Origin: Puniceicoccales bacterium
Lineage (GTDB): Bacteria; Verrucomicrobiota; Verrucomicrobiia; Opitutales; JAIRKQ01
Length of the DNA: 32,064 nucleotides
Direction: 5' to 3'
NCBI GenBank assembly: GCA_031281895.1
Contig: JAITET010000049.1
Span: forward strand, 1-32,064
Both the position numbers and the translations under genes were made by a program. Each line of letters starts with the position of its first letter. Positions within the stretch are counted from its first letter, which is position 1. Below the pieces are notes generated by a model. That model did no database searches and had not been told where the DNA came from. It saw only the letters and a program-made list of their open reading frames with translations. This document shows, in pieces, positions 18,364-26,735 of this stretch.

Positions 18364-20244
18364 ATGCCTAAGTGTATCCTTCGATTATTGTGCATCGTAT
18401 GTGGTAGTGTCGCTATGTTTGTAATGCCTTCCCGCAGAAGGCTCGTATTGTCAAATTTATATTACGCTTTCCCTAGGCGAAGTGCACTATGGCGTAGAAA
18501 AGTTTGCCGAGAAAACTTTTTCCGTCTCATAGAACTTGGTCTGTTAAGTATTGCTGGAAGCTTCCTCAGTAGAAAAAGAATAAAGACAGATTTTAAATTA
18601 AGCAAAGAAGATAAAAGGGTCATTAGTCAAGTGCTAGCAGGAAAACAGGGAGCCATTGTACTCGTTCCTCACTTCACTCTAATGGAGAGTATGACACTTT
18701 TGCCAAAAATCGTGGATGACGTTGATTGGCCTGAAGTAGGTGTTATTTACCGACCATTCGATAACCGATCTCTGGAAAAGTTTATAAAATACACCCGCGA
18801 AGGGTGTGGGATGAAATTGTTTTCTCGAAAAAAAGGAATATTTGAAGCGATGCAGATTCTAAAGAATAATGGGATAATATCGCTACTATTTGATCAAAAT
18901 TCCGGCGATAGTGGCCATCGCATGATATTTTTCAACCGACTAATTGCGTCGACGGACTTACCAGCTTTGTTATATCAAAAATTTAAAGTGCCCGTTTATT
19001 TTTTATACCCCATGAGGGTTGGTTTTTGGAAAGCGAACATTAAGATCAAAAGATTAAATTTTGACGAAAATGATCCCAAAACAATCCTGTTTGTTGCCAA
19101 TAGACATTTGGAAGAAATTTTAGGGGTAGATGAAAACGTCTGTTCTGACTGGCTATGGGCTCATGATAGGTGGAAGGTTGTAGCCCATGGCACAAAAAAT
19201 TTGGCAAAACGGAGATGCGAATGGCTGTCACAGTCTCAAAAATATCTAAACATCAAGCCCGAATCGGTAATAAACCTTCACGTCATGGTGCGCATGCCAA
19301 ATTGGTTGGGGGATATCATCATGGCGGTAGCTGTGTTGCGAACGCTAAAATATTACCGTTCCGATATGGAACTAATCTTGATTTGCCAGAAACAGTTCGT
19401 CGATTTTCTTGCCGCATTGGAAATTGCAGACAAAGTGGTACAATTGCCCGAAAAGAATTCCAAATATTTTCTCAATATTCTAAAAATTAAAGATATTTAC
19501 CCATATCCGGATGTTTATATTTCGCTTGTCAGCTCACTACGTGGTGACATTGAGGCGATTTTAATGGGTGCTCCCAAAAGGATAGGAACGGATACTAAAA
19601 ATCGACCATATAGGAAAATTTTTATAAATAACTTGTATGAAAGCGGTGCCGATACCGGATTTCTGCATCAAACAAAATTATGGAAAAATGCACTGAATGA
19701 GTTTGGGATTGAGTGCGAAGATAATCTTTCCCCATTCAAATTGTGTACGAATATGGGAATTGTTCCAAAAGCCAAACGTACAATCGGGATGGTATGTGGA
19801 TCCATCAATACTCCTCGTAAACGCTGGCCTGCAAAATCTTGGAGAATTTTAATCGAAAGAATTCATGAAATATATAAGGACGTGCACGTGAATCTGTATG
19901 GCACGAAAGCAGATGCCGTGTTTATTGATGAAATTTCTCTTTTTCTCAACCGGGAGAGGATTTCCAACTTGGCTGGCAAAACGAGCATACTCGAATTGGC
20001 AAATTATATACAAAGAGATGTCCTGGTGGTTGCGATTGACACGGGGGGTATGCATTTGGCAAACATGTTCGGTCGTCCATTGATTTGCATATATGGTGTC
20101 ACCAACGCCCTCGTTACTGGGCCGATATTTGATGCTGATAAAATGATAATCATGCCCGACAGTTGTCCCCAAAGCGGTGGTTTCCCGACGGAAGATATCA
20201 CCATAGAATCTGTCCTCAAGGCCGTCCAACTGATGCTAAAGTAA
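18364..20244 (+). CDS. Fusion protein: LpxL/HtrB-type lipid A acyltransferase (N-terminal) plus GT9 heptosyltransferase-like glycosyltransferase (C-terminal)
   Basis: The N-terminal ~270 aa carry LpxL-family strings: VLVPHFTLMES (HX4E), ILKNNGIISLLFDQN, FFNRLIASTDLPALL and DWLWAHDRWK. The C-terminal ~330 aa carry GT9 strings: VRMPNWLGDIIMAVAVLRTLK, PRKRWPAKSW and NLAGKTSILELANYI...AIDTGGMHLANMFGRPLICIYG. The start is either TTG 18352 or ATG 18364. Confidence 0.85.
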   Translation: MPKCILRLLCIVCGSVAMFVMPSRRRLVLSNLYYAFPRRSALWRRKVCRENFFRLIELGLLSIAGSFLSRKRIKTDFKLSKEDKRVISQVLAGKQGAIVLVPHFTLMESMTLLPKIVDDVDWPEVGVIYRPFDNRSLEKFIKYTREGCGMKLFSRKKGIFEAMQILKNNGIISLLFDQNSGDSGHRMIFFNRLIASTDLPALLYQKFKVPVYFLYPMRVGFWKANIKIKRLNFDENDPKTILFVANRHLEEILGVDENVCSDWLWAHDRWKVVAHGTKNLAKRRCEWLSQSQKYLNIKPESVINLHVMVRMPNWLGDIIMAVAVLRTLKYYRSDMELILICQKQFVDFLAALEIADKVVQLPEKNSKYFLNILKIKDIYPYPDVYISLVSSLRGDIEAILMGAPKRIGTDTKNRPYRKIFINNLYESGADTGFLHQTKLWKNALNEFGIECEDNLSPFKLCTNMGIVPKAKRTIGMVCGSINTPRKRWPAKSWRILIERIHEIYKDVHVNLYGTKADAVFIDEISLFLNRERISNLAGKTSILELANYIQRDVLVVAIDTGGMHLANMFGRPLICIYGVTNALVTGPIFDADKMIIMPDSCPQSGGFPTEDITIESVLKAVQLMLK

Positions 20245-20293
20245 GTAGACTTGAATGTCTTGCAGCAATTGATATGTCTTCCCATTGCTGTAG

Positions 20294-20509
20294 CCGGTCG
20301 GAAATTTCGGTGGACTAATATTGTCGCCGCCTACGGCAACGGGAAGACTATTGATGAATGTATCTATGATTGTACCACCGATAGCGAAGTCTTCTCCAGA
20401 TCTTAACCCCATCGAAAAGTTCTGGGCTAACTTCAAAAGAAGACTCGGCGATGCTTTGCTTCGTTCTCTCTCCTTTTCCCAAGCTCTCCTGTTCTCCTTC
20501 TCAAACTGA
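20294..20509 (+). pseudogene. Decayed IS630/Tc1-mariner family transposase remnant (C-terminal part only, frameshifted, internally deleted)
   Basis: One frame reads GRKFRWTNIVAAYGNGKTIDECIYDCTTDSEVF, which resembles the mid-region of IS630-type transposases. A second frame continues with SSPDLNPIEKFWANFKRRL, the hallmark (Y)SPDLNPIE..W..LK motif holding the last catalytic acidic residue. The segment between, which normally carries the DNA..H motif, is missing. Confidence 0.6.
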
Positions 20510-20557
20510 TAAAATGTGTGTGTTGCTCAACCGAAATGAGTATAACCGTAGAGCATC

Positions 20558-21202
20558 TCATTCCAGTGGAATGTTTTTGCCATACATGTAATCAAAGGAC
20601 CTCCACTTTTCGCAAAAATTTCCAGGATTAATCGTCTCAAATCCTTCGACAATTTCAATGAGAGCATGGATTATATCAATTAACACATCGTCGAAATCTA
20701 ATTTAACATTGATAGATTCCTGCAAACAGGATATTGGGTATGGGGCATTGTCTATCTTTGGGGTGTCTAGTATATTAATCCCAATGCCTAGGACTGCCGA
20801 AATAATGCTGCTATCACTTCTTATAACTTCCAAAAGCAAGCCTCCGATCTTCTTCGATTGAATGAGGATGTCGTTGGGCCACTTGGTTTTTACGTCGATG
20901 GAAAATTTATTCGATAACATTTCACAAAGTCCAACGGCTACATACTGTGCAAAGATCGTTAGATGATTTTGCAATATGTCGGTTATTTTTAAAGCATAGG
21001 ATAGGTATAAATTTCCGACAATATTTCCAATCCAACGCCGCCCGTATTGGCCATAGGAAGCTAATTGTTGCTTCGCTAGCACTATAAATGGAACCGGTTG
21101 CCCATTCCTCACCATTTCCTTTGCATCCGCATTGGTGCTCTGTGTTTGGGATTTAAACAGTATGGGAACCCCAAAAGTTGTTTCTAAAATTTTGTCGAAC
21201 AT
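20558..21202 (-). CDS. birA: Biotin--[acetyl-CoA-carboxylase] ligase, class I (no N-terminal HTH)
   Basis: This 214-aa ORF has GQYGRRWIGNIVGNLYLS (GRGR.W-type motif) and KWPNDILIQSKKIGGLLLE. Confidence 0.9.
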   Translation of the reverse strand: MFDKILETTFGVPILFKSQTQSTNADAKEMVRNGQPVPFIVLAKQQLASYGQYGRRWIGNIVGNLYLSYALKITDILQNHLTIFAQYVAVGLCEMLSNKFSIDVKTKWPNDILIQSKKIGGLLLEVIRSDSSIISAVLGIGINILDTPKIDNAPYPISCLQESINVKLDFDDVLIDIIHALIEIVEGFETINPGNFCEKWRSFDYMYGKNIPLE

Positions 21203-21244
21203 GGGTAATGAAAATTACGGAACAAAAGTTCGTTAAAATTTTAA

Positions 21245-21266
21245 GCTCAACTGTCAAGAATGTATC
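21245..21266. repeat. Left arm of a 22-bp perfect inverted repeat (extends imperfectly to about 21232..21273)
   Basis: gctcaactgtcaagaatgtatc is the exact reverse complement of 22058..22079. The flanking ttaaaattt and ttttta strings are also shared, with 1-2 nt indels. Confidence 0.9.
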
Positions 21267-21485
21267 CTTTTTAACATTCTTACCGAAATTTGCCTTAAAT
21301 AGGTCATAAATACTTGTTTTTACTATCTTCTTATTTTCATTTAGAATAAAGGATATAATTGTGAACCTACAAGCACTTATAAAAAATCTTTCCAAATTCC
21401 ACCTGTCGTGTTGAAGTATGTGTTATTCCATATGCCACTTTTGGTAAAACTTTTATGAATTTATACTCTTTAGAACTAAATTCTA

Positions 21486-21514
21486 TTGACAAATAGGGAT
21501 GGCGGTTTTAACTT
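21486..21514 (+). promoter_or_regulatory. Candidate sigma70-type promoter for the lipoprotein gene
   Basis: TTGACA (21486..21491), a 17-nt spacer, then TAACTT (21509..21514), about 44 nt upstream of ATG 21558. Confidence 0.35.
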
Positions 21515-21557
21515 TTTTACAAGTTAATCAAACAACACAGCAAGGATAAAATAAAAA

Positions 21558-21983
21558 ATGAAAAGAGCTATAATAGGACTTATGAGTTTAATCCTCTTGT
21601 CCGCATGTGTCTCAGCTCCAAATTCTATGCAAAAGAGAGAGCTAGAAGTTTACAAGCAACAGGGGTTAGCCGTTGAAGAAAAAAATCCTGCCATTGGTGT
21701 AGTGCTTGGTTTTCTTCCTGGAGGTGGTTCTTTTTATGTGCGTGAATATGGTTTTGGGGTGATTGATCTATTATTCTGGCCCGTATCTATTTTATGGGAT
21801 CCGATAAATGGAGCGAATGGAGCTAATTCTATAAATTATACGGCAACTAAAATGTATGTAAATCAACTTAGGCAAAAAGAGTTGGATGGACTACAAGAAC
21901 GGCTTCGTCTATCAGAAATAGATGCAAAACAGTATTCTGTAGAGAAAGATAAGATTGAACGGAAATATTCTGGAGATTTGTAA
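21558..21983 (+). CDS. Putative lipoprotein with an internal hydrophobic Gly-rich segment
   Basis: This 141-aa ORF has a signal peptide with lipobox LLSAC, the hydrophobic stretch GVVLGFLPGGGSFYV...LLFWPVSILW, and a charged helical C-terminal tail. Confidence 0.75.
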   Translation: MKRAIIGLMSLILLSACVSAPNSMQKRELEVYKQQGLAVEEKNPAIGVVLGFLPGGGSFYVREYGFGVIDLLFWPVSILWDPINGANGANSINYTATKMYVNQLRQKELDGLQERLRLSEIDAKQYSVEKDKIERKYSGDL

Positions 21984-22008
21984 AAATCTTCAAAACTTTC
22001 AATTAATG

Positions 22009-22038
22009 AACCTGTCTTTTTCGAGACAGGTTTTATTC
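22009..22038. terminator. Rho-independent-type hairpin between the convergent lipoprotein gene and murC-murB
   Basis: AACCTGTCT-TTTTCG-AGACAGGTT forms a perfect 9-bp stem, followed by TTATTC on the + strand. Confidence 0.6.
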
Positions 22039-22057
22039 TATGCAATGGATCTAAAAA

Positions 22058-22079
22058 GATACATTCTTGACAGTTGAGC
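22058..22079. repeat. Right arm of the 22-bp perfect inverted repeat (extends imperfectly to about 22051..22092)
   Basis: gatacattcttgacagttgagc is the exact reverse complement of 21245..21266. Its extended outer end lies 2-4 nt from the murC-murB stop codon (22094..22096). Confidence 0.9.
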
Positions 22080-22093
22080 GAAATTTTAAGCCC

Positions 22094-24250
22094 TCAAGCT
22101 CTTAGAATATTTACTTCCGTTCCTAGGAACTTCCCAAATTTTATACACACCGTATACCTTGCCAAATCTATGAGTTTTTCAATGTCCCGAAAGGATGCGT
22201 TTCCCTGATTGATTATAAAGTTTCCATGTTCCTTTGAAATGGCTGCACCTCCAACACTCATGCCCTTTAGTCCGGCCCTATCAATCAATTCGCCGGCACA
22301 GAAATCATCTCCATTTTTAAACACTGATCCAAAATTGATACCCCTTGGTTGATGTGTTTTTCGCCAGTTTAATAGTTCTTCAGCCATGGAAGTAAAATAT
22401 TCCTGTGGAGCCTGTTCGCTAAACCGAAAGGTCGCACTAAGAACGATATTGTTGCGAGGAATGAAAGCCGTTCGGTATCCGAAACGCAAATCTGACTTTT
22501 CCATGGTATGTACGATCCCATTGGGATCCAAGGTTTCGATGGATATTAAATGGTCGGATATGGTTTGTCCATGGGCCCCAGCATTCATAAGGATCGCACC
22601 ACCCATATGGCTCGGAATATACGATAGCTTTTCGGTTCCCAGGAATCCTTTTCCACTCACCGATTTACAAAAGTCTCGGAGAGAAATTCCGGCCATGCAA
22701 CGCAAAGTATCATTTCCGATCCATTCCAAAGATTTCCAATGGTCTGAATCCAATGTTATTACAACCGCATTGATCATTCCATCCGGTGGCAATATCTTGG
22801 TTCCATTGCCGATAATTACATACCTAATGCCCAAATTGCGGCAAATGTTTACAATAGCGATCAATTCGTTGCGTGTTGCAGGATTTACATGTATTCGGGC
22901 AGATGTTGGTACTTTTATGGAAAATGCATGGGTTAAATCCTTGAAAGGGGCAAACACTATTTGGGCTTGGTTAAGAGCTTTTTCCACTTCTCCAAATGCG
23001 ATTTCGCCGATGAAAGCTTTGGCGTGGTACAAGATATTGCCTGCCCCGACAAACATGACTAGCTGCTTTTTATCGCATGAGGATAGCATGTTATAGATGT
23101 CATGCATGTCAGCTTTGAATTGTGAAAGGGTTAAAAATTTCTTGTTCGGATTTTTCACCTCATTGAACACAAGGTCACTGGAAACGCCCTCGATTTTTTC
23201 CTCAAATGCGGCATATAGTTCGACGACAAATGGCCTATCAAACATATCCAAAATTGCTGCGAATTCTGCAAAATATTGTTTGGTGCGGGACAGCCTATGG
23301 GGCTGAAATATTATGTTCAGCTCGTAGTCTTTGTAGTGAGCTTGGGCATATCTCAACAGCGAATTGATTTCCGTAGGATGGTGGGCATAGTCATTCAGAA
23401 AAACAAATTTTTCGGTTTTAAACATCACATCACTTCGCCGTTTAATTCCAACTATTCTGTGAGGAAGAACAATATCTTCGTTGAAAATTCTGCGCACACA
23501 AAATAACGCTATGGACTTGTTTTTTTCGGAGAAATCATCGTCGTTCAATCCCTGGATTTTGACATATTTTTTCCCAAAGTTGGATGCTATGTTCGTAAAA
23601 ATCATATCGTCTTCGGGGACGAAAATAGTCGACCTTGTCCGTGAAAATAGTCTTTCGAATGTTTTAAAAAAATTATCTCGATTACCGTAGTTATATATGT
23701 GGTCATCGTCATAGTTCAAAGCAATGGTACATTCCGGTGAAAAATTTTCTATGGTTCCATCGCTTTCGTCAACTTCAGCCACTATCCATTCGGACTTTTC
23801 GTTATAGGCAGACGGTGAAATTTCATCCCCCTTGAAGAATCCCCCCACCACATAGTCAAAGACTAGGCCATTATGCCTAAGGATTTCCACACATGCACCG
23901 GAAACAGAAGTCTTTCCGTGGGATCCCACAATCGCAAGCAATTTCTTATCTCGGCAAATCTTTGCTAAAAATTCTCCCCTTCGGAAGATCTCAATGCCAT
24001 TTTTTGCTGCACGTTGGCAAATGCTATCGCCGTGTTCATTGACGGCACTCGACCGCACCACATAGTCACAGTTTGGCGGAAGAACTTGTTCGGGCATAAA
24101 GATAACACCATGGGATACCAAAAGGTCCTTAATCGGGAAATTGACATAATCATCCCATCCATAAATCATGTCTCCCCTTTGGGCTAGATAAATTGCTAGC
24201 GGTGCCATACCGGCTCCACAAATTCCAAGCATACAAATATTTTTACTCAT
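22094..24250 (-). CDS. murC-murB: Fused UDP-N-acetylmuramate--L-alanine ligase (MurC, N-terminal) and UDP-N-acetylenolpyruvoylglucosamine reductase (MurB, C-terminal)
   Basis: This is a 718-aa ORF. MurC strings are ICGAGMAPLAIYLAQRG, GSHGKTS, AEVDESDGT, DYAHHPTEI and FQPHRLSRT. From about residue 440 MurB strings appear: IGNGTKIL, GGAILMNAGAHG, FGYRTAF, FGSVFKN and AGELIDRAGLKGMSVGGAAISKEHGNFIIN. Confidence 0.92.
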   Translation of the reverse strand: MSKNICMLGICGAGMAPLAIYLAQRGDMIYGWDDYVNFPIKDLLVSHGVIFMPEQVLPPNCDYVVRSSAVNEHGDSICQRAAKNGIEIFRRGEFLAKICRDKKLLAIVGSHGKTSVSGACVEILRHNGLVFDYVVGGFFKGDEISPSAYNEKSEWIVAEVDESDGTIENFSPECTIALNYDDDHIYNYGNRDNFFKTFERLFSRTRSTIFVPEDDMIFTNIASNFGKKYVKIQGLNDDDFSEKNKSIALFCVRRIFNEDIVLPHRIVGIKRRSDVMFKTEKFVFLNDYAHHPTEINSLLRYAQAHYKDYELNIIFQPHRLSRTKQYFAEFAAILDMFDRPFVVELYAAFEEKIEGVSSDLVFNEVKNPNKKFLTLSQFKADMHDIYNMLSSCDKKQLVMFVGAGNILYHAKAFIGEIAFGEVEKALNQAQIVFAPFKDLTHAFSIKVPTSARIHVNPATRNELIAIVNICRNLGIRYVIIGNGTKILPPDGMINAVVITLDSDHWKSLEWIGNDTLRCMAGISLRDFCKSVSGKGFLGTEKLSYIPSHMGGAILMNAGAHGQTISDHLISIETLDPNGIVHTMEKSDLRFGYRTAFIPRNNIVLSATFRFSEQAPQEYFTSMAEELLNWRKTHQPRGINFGSVFKNGDDFCAGELIDRAGLKGMSVGGAAISKEHGNFIINQGNASFRDIEKLIDLARYTVCIKFGKFLGTEVNILRA

Positions 24251-25331
24251 TTCCTGTCATCCTTTGGATACGGTTTACAATAACTTCAACGGCGGAATGT
24301 TCGTTGTCTTGTGGGGGAGTTGTCTGGAAGTTTTTGAGATTCTTCTGAAAGCATTCAATGACGACGTTCGCGAGTAAATCGATATCTCCCTGTCGTACAA
24401 CAATTGCTCTACCGTCATTTGCCGCCTGGGTAGCATTAACTTCCTGATGGTTTTCAGCGGCATCTGGATAGGGAACAAGCACCATCGGCAATCCGAAAAG
24501 TGTGGCTTCTGCTATTGTCCCAGCGCCAGCCCGGCACACTAATAAATCCGTTGCACTGAGGAGTGACGACATATCGCTACAAAATGGGAGAAATAGGTTC
24601 CTAATAGCATTACCGTCGCCCGACATGCCGATTATTTCCTCTCGGCTATCACTCTTTATGCCACGCACACAACAAACGGTCAGGTTGTGACCATTTAGCC
24701 GTTGAAAATTTCTAATTGCCCATTCGTTTAGGGCATTTGCTCCCTGACTTCCGCCTAGAACCGTTACCACGAACGCAAGGGGATCTAACCCTAGACGTGC
24801 CCTGGCTTCGCATTTGTCGATTTTTCGCATTTCGCGCCTGAGCGGTATGGACGCGTGTGAAACTTTTTTGTTTAAAGATCGACTTTTAAAATTCACGTGA
24901 GGTGGAAGGAAAATTATGTCGGCTAAACATGCTAATAATTTTATACTTTTGCCAATCACTCGATTCGATTCATGCAAAACTATTTTCTTTCGCATTAAAA
25001 ACGCAGCCATGATCGCTGGAAAATTTGTAAATCCTCCCATGCCTATGACACAGTCAATTTTTCTATTTTTTACCAATTTTATACATCGGAAGAGGGAAAT
25101 GAGTTGTGATTTCATTGTTTCAAAAATTTTCCAAATACTTTTAGCCAACGGCTTAGCCGACAGTGTGACATATTCAAATTGTCCATATTTTTTCAACATA
25201 ACACTGTCAATTACTTTATCGCTGATAAGCAATAAACATTCTCCATTCCGTGCCATCAATTCTTCGGCGATTGCTATGCCAGGCCCCAAATGCCCTCCTG
25301 TTCCTCCACAAACGATAGCATACCTATTCAT
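24243..25331 (-). CDS. murG: UDP-N-acetylglucosamine--N-acetylmuramyl-(pentapeptide) pyrophosphoryl-undecaprenol GlcNAc transferase
   Basis: This 362-aa ORF has the N-terminal CGGTGGHLGPGIAIAEEL signature and CRAGAGTIAE near the C-terminus. It overlaps the murC-murB start by 8 nt (ATGAGTAA). Confidence 0.93.
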   Translation of the reverse strand: MNRYAIVCGGTGGHLGPGIAIAEELMARNGECLLLISDKVIDSVMLKKYGQFEYVTLSAKPLAKSIWKIFETMKSQLISLFRCIKLVKNRKIDCVIGMGGFTNFPAIMAAFLMRKKIVLHESNRVIGKSIKLLACLADIIFLPPHVNFKSRSLNKKVSHASIPLRREMRKIDKCEARARLGLDPLAFVVTVLGGSQGANALNEWAIRNFQRLNGHNLTVCCVRGIKSDSREEIIGMSGDGNAIRNLFLPFCSDMSSLLSATDLLVCRAGAGTIAEATLFGLPMVLVPYPDAAENHQEVNATQAANDGRAIVVRQGDIDLLANVVIECFQKNLKNFQTTPPQDNEHSAVEVIVNRIQRMTGNE

Positions 25332-25526
25332 CGTATCGCAACATAATAATAATAAATAGGCATATCAAGAATAATGCTAAAAATTTCCGAATGCCGAATG
25401 CCGTCTGGATTTATCGAAGTTTCCATGTGGTATTATCTCCTGGGTTAACGAAAGATTCCCATCTTCGTTTTATTTTTTTTAAAATTTTAATTGCACAAAG
25501 GTGGGAGGACGATAGCATATGGGGGC

Positions 25527-26723
25527 ATGAAGAGGGTTGCCATATTGACTGCAGGAGGAATTGCACCATGTTTATCTTCTGCCGTTGCAGCATTGATAAA
25601 AGAGTATGTTAAAACATCTCCGGACATTGAAATAGTCTGCTACCGTGACGGCTACAAAGGATTACTATTGGGTGATTCATCTAGCATCACACACGGAATT
25701 GTGGAATCGGTAGAAGTTTTATACCAATTTGGCGGTAGCCCCATAGGGAATAGCCGTGTAAAGCTAACGAACGTGGCAGACTGTGTAAGACGCGGATTTG
25801 TAAAGGATGGAGAAATCCCGCTCAATGTCGCAGCAGAACAACTGGTAAAAGATAAAATTGATATTTTGCATACCATAGGCGGCGACGATACTAATGGCGT
25901 TGCCGCTGATTTGGCGAAGCATTTAAAAGAAAATGGCTATAATTTACAAGTTATCGGCCTGCCAAAGACCATAGACAATGACATTATTCCAATTGCCCAT
26001 AGTTTGGGTGCAAATACAGCAGCTGAACAGAGTGCACAGTTTTTCGAACACATTGTCGCTGAAACAACGGCAAACCCGAAAATGTTTATCATTCACGAAG
26101 TCATGGGCCGCAAGTGTGGGTGGCTGACAGCTGCATCGGCGTTATGCTATACAAAACGATTGCACGAACGTGAGTTCATTGCCGGGTTAGGAATGTCTAA
26201 GGAACGCTATTCCATCCATGGGGTATACGTTCCCGAAATAACCATTAATTTAAAGAAAGAGGTCGACCGGCTGGAACAGGTGATGAAAAATGTAGGCTGT
26301 GTAAACATTTTCGTGAGCGAAGGTGCGTGTGTCGACGAAATTGTCACCGAGATGGAATCACGGGGTGAAACGGTTGTTCGTGATGCTTTTGGACATGTCA
26401 AGCTTGATTCGATTAATGCAGGTGAATGGTTTAAGTCGCAATTTACTAAAAATATTGGGGCTGAAAAAACCCTGGTTCAAAAAAGCGGATATTTTGCCCG
26501 CTCTGCCCCTTCAAACCTTTTCGACATTGCTTTGATCAATGACAGTGCCGAAATGGCCGTAAAATGTGCCCTCGCGGGAGAATCCGGTGTCATTGGACTC
26601 GATGAGAACCATGATAACCAAATGAGCTGCATAGATTTTCAAAGGATAAAAGGAGGGAAACCCTTCGATGTCGCTAAAAATTCTGAATTTGTGAATTTGT
26701 TAAAGCAAATAGGTCAAATATAG
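25527..26723 (+). CDS. pfp: Pyrophosphate-dependent 6-phosphofructokinase (short type)
   Basis: The start is set at ATG 25527 (MKRVAILTAGGIAPCLSS). TIGGDDTNG and GLPKTIDND carry the Asp and Lys that distinguish PPi-PFKs from ATP-PFKs (GGDGS and PGTIDND). Confidence 0.88.
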   Translation: MKRVAILTAGGIAPCLSSAVAALIKEYVKTSPDIEIVCYRDGYKGLLLGDSSSITHGIVESVEVLYQFGGSPIGNSRVKLTNVADCVRRGFVKDGEIPLNVAAEQLVKDKIDILHTIGGDDTNGVAADLAKHLKENGYNLQVIGLPKTIDNDIIPIAHSLGANTAAEQSAQFFEHIVAETTANPKMFIIHEVMGRKCGWLTAASALCYTKRLHEREFIAGLGMSKERYSIHGVYVPEITINLKKEVDRLEQVMKNVGCVNIFVSEGACVDEIVTEMESRGETVVRDAFGHVKLDSINAGEWFKSQFTKNIGAEKTLVQKSGYFARSAPSNLFDIALINDSAEMAVKCALAGESGVIGLDENHDNQMSCIDFQRIKGGKPFDVAKNSEFVNLLKQIGQI

Positions 26724-26735
26724 GCATGTTTTTCG

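Noticed and set aside
18183-18371. 62-aa ORF that exactly fills the rpoC to lpxL-fusion gap, with an ATGA overlap at the rpoC stop and an 8-nt overlap with ATG 18364
   Set aside because: The overlaps are suggestive of coupling, but the peptide has no recognisable features and the region is AT-rich. It also contains a terminator-like hairpin (18220..18268). I kept it as unsupported.
20525-20547. Possible third, degenerate copy of the 22-bp inverted-repeat core (gctcaaccgaaatgagtataacc) next to the IS630 relic
   Set aside because: Only 16 of 23 positions match, and the orientation does not fit a right-hand terminal repeat of the relic. This is too weak to separate from chance.
22386-23096. 236-aa plus-strand ORF inside murC-murB, plus the smaller ones at 23097..23690
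   Set aside because: They are antisense to a gene with unambiguous MurC and MurB motifs, and the translations are featureless.
25391-25612. 73-aa ORF spanning the murG/pfp intergenic region and the start of pfp
   Set aside because: It overlaps the pfp 5' end out of frame and crosses the hairpin and T-run. There is no supporting signal.
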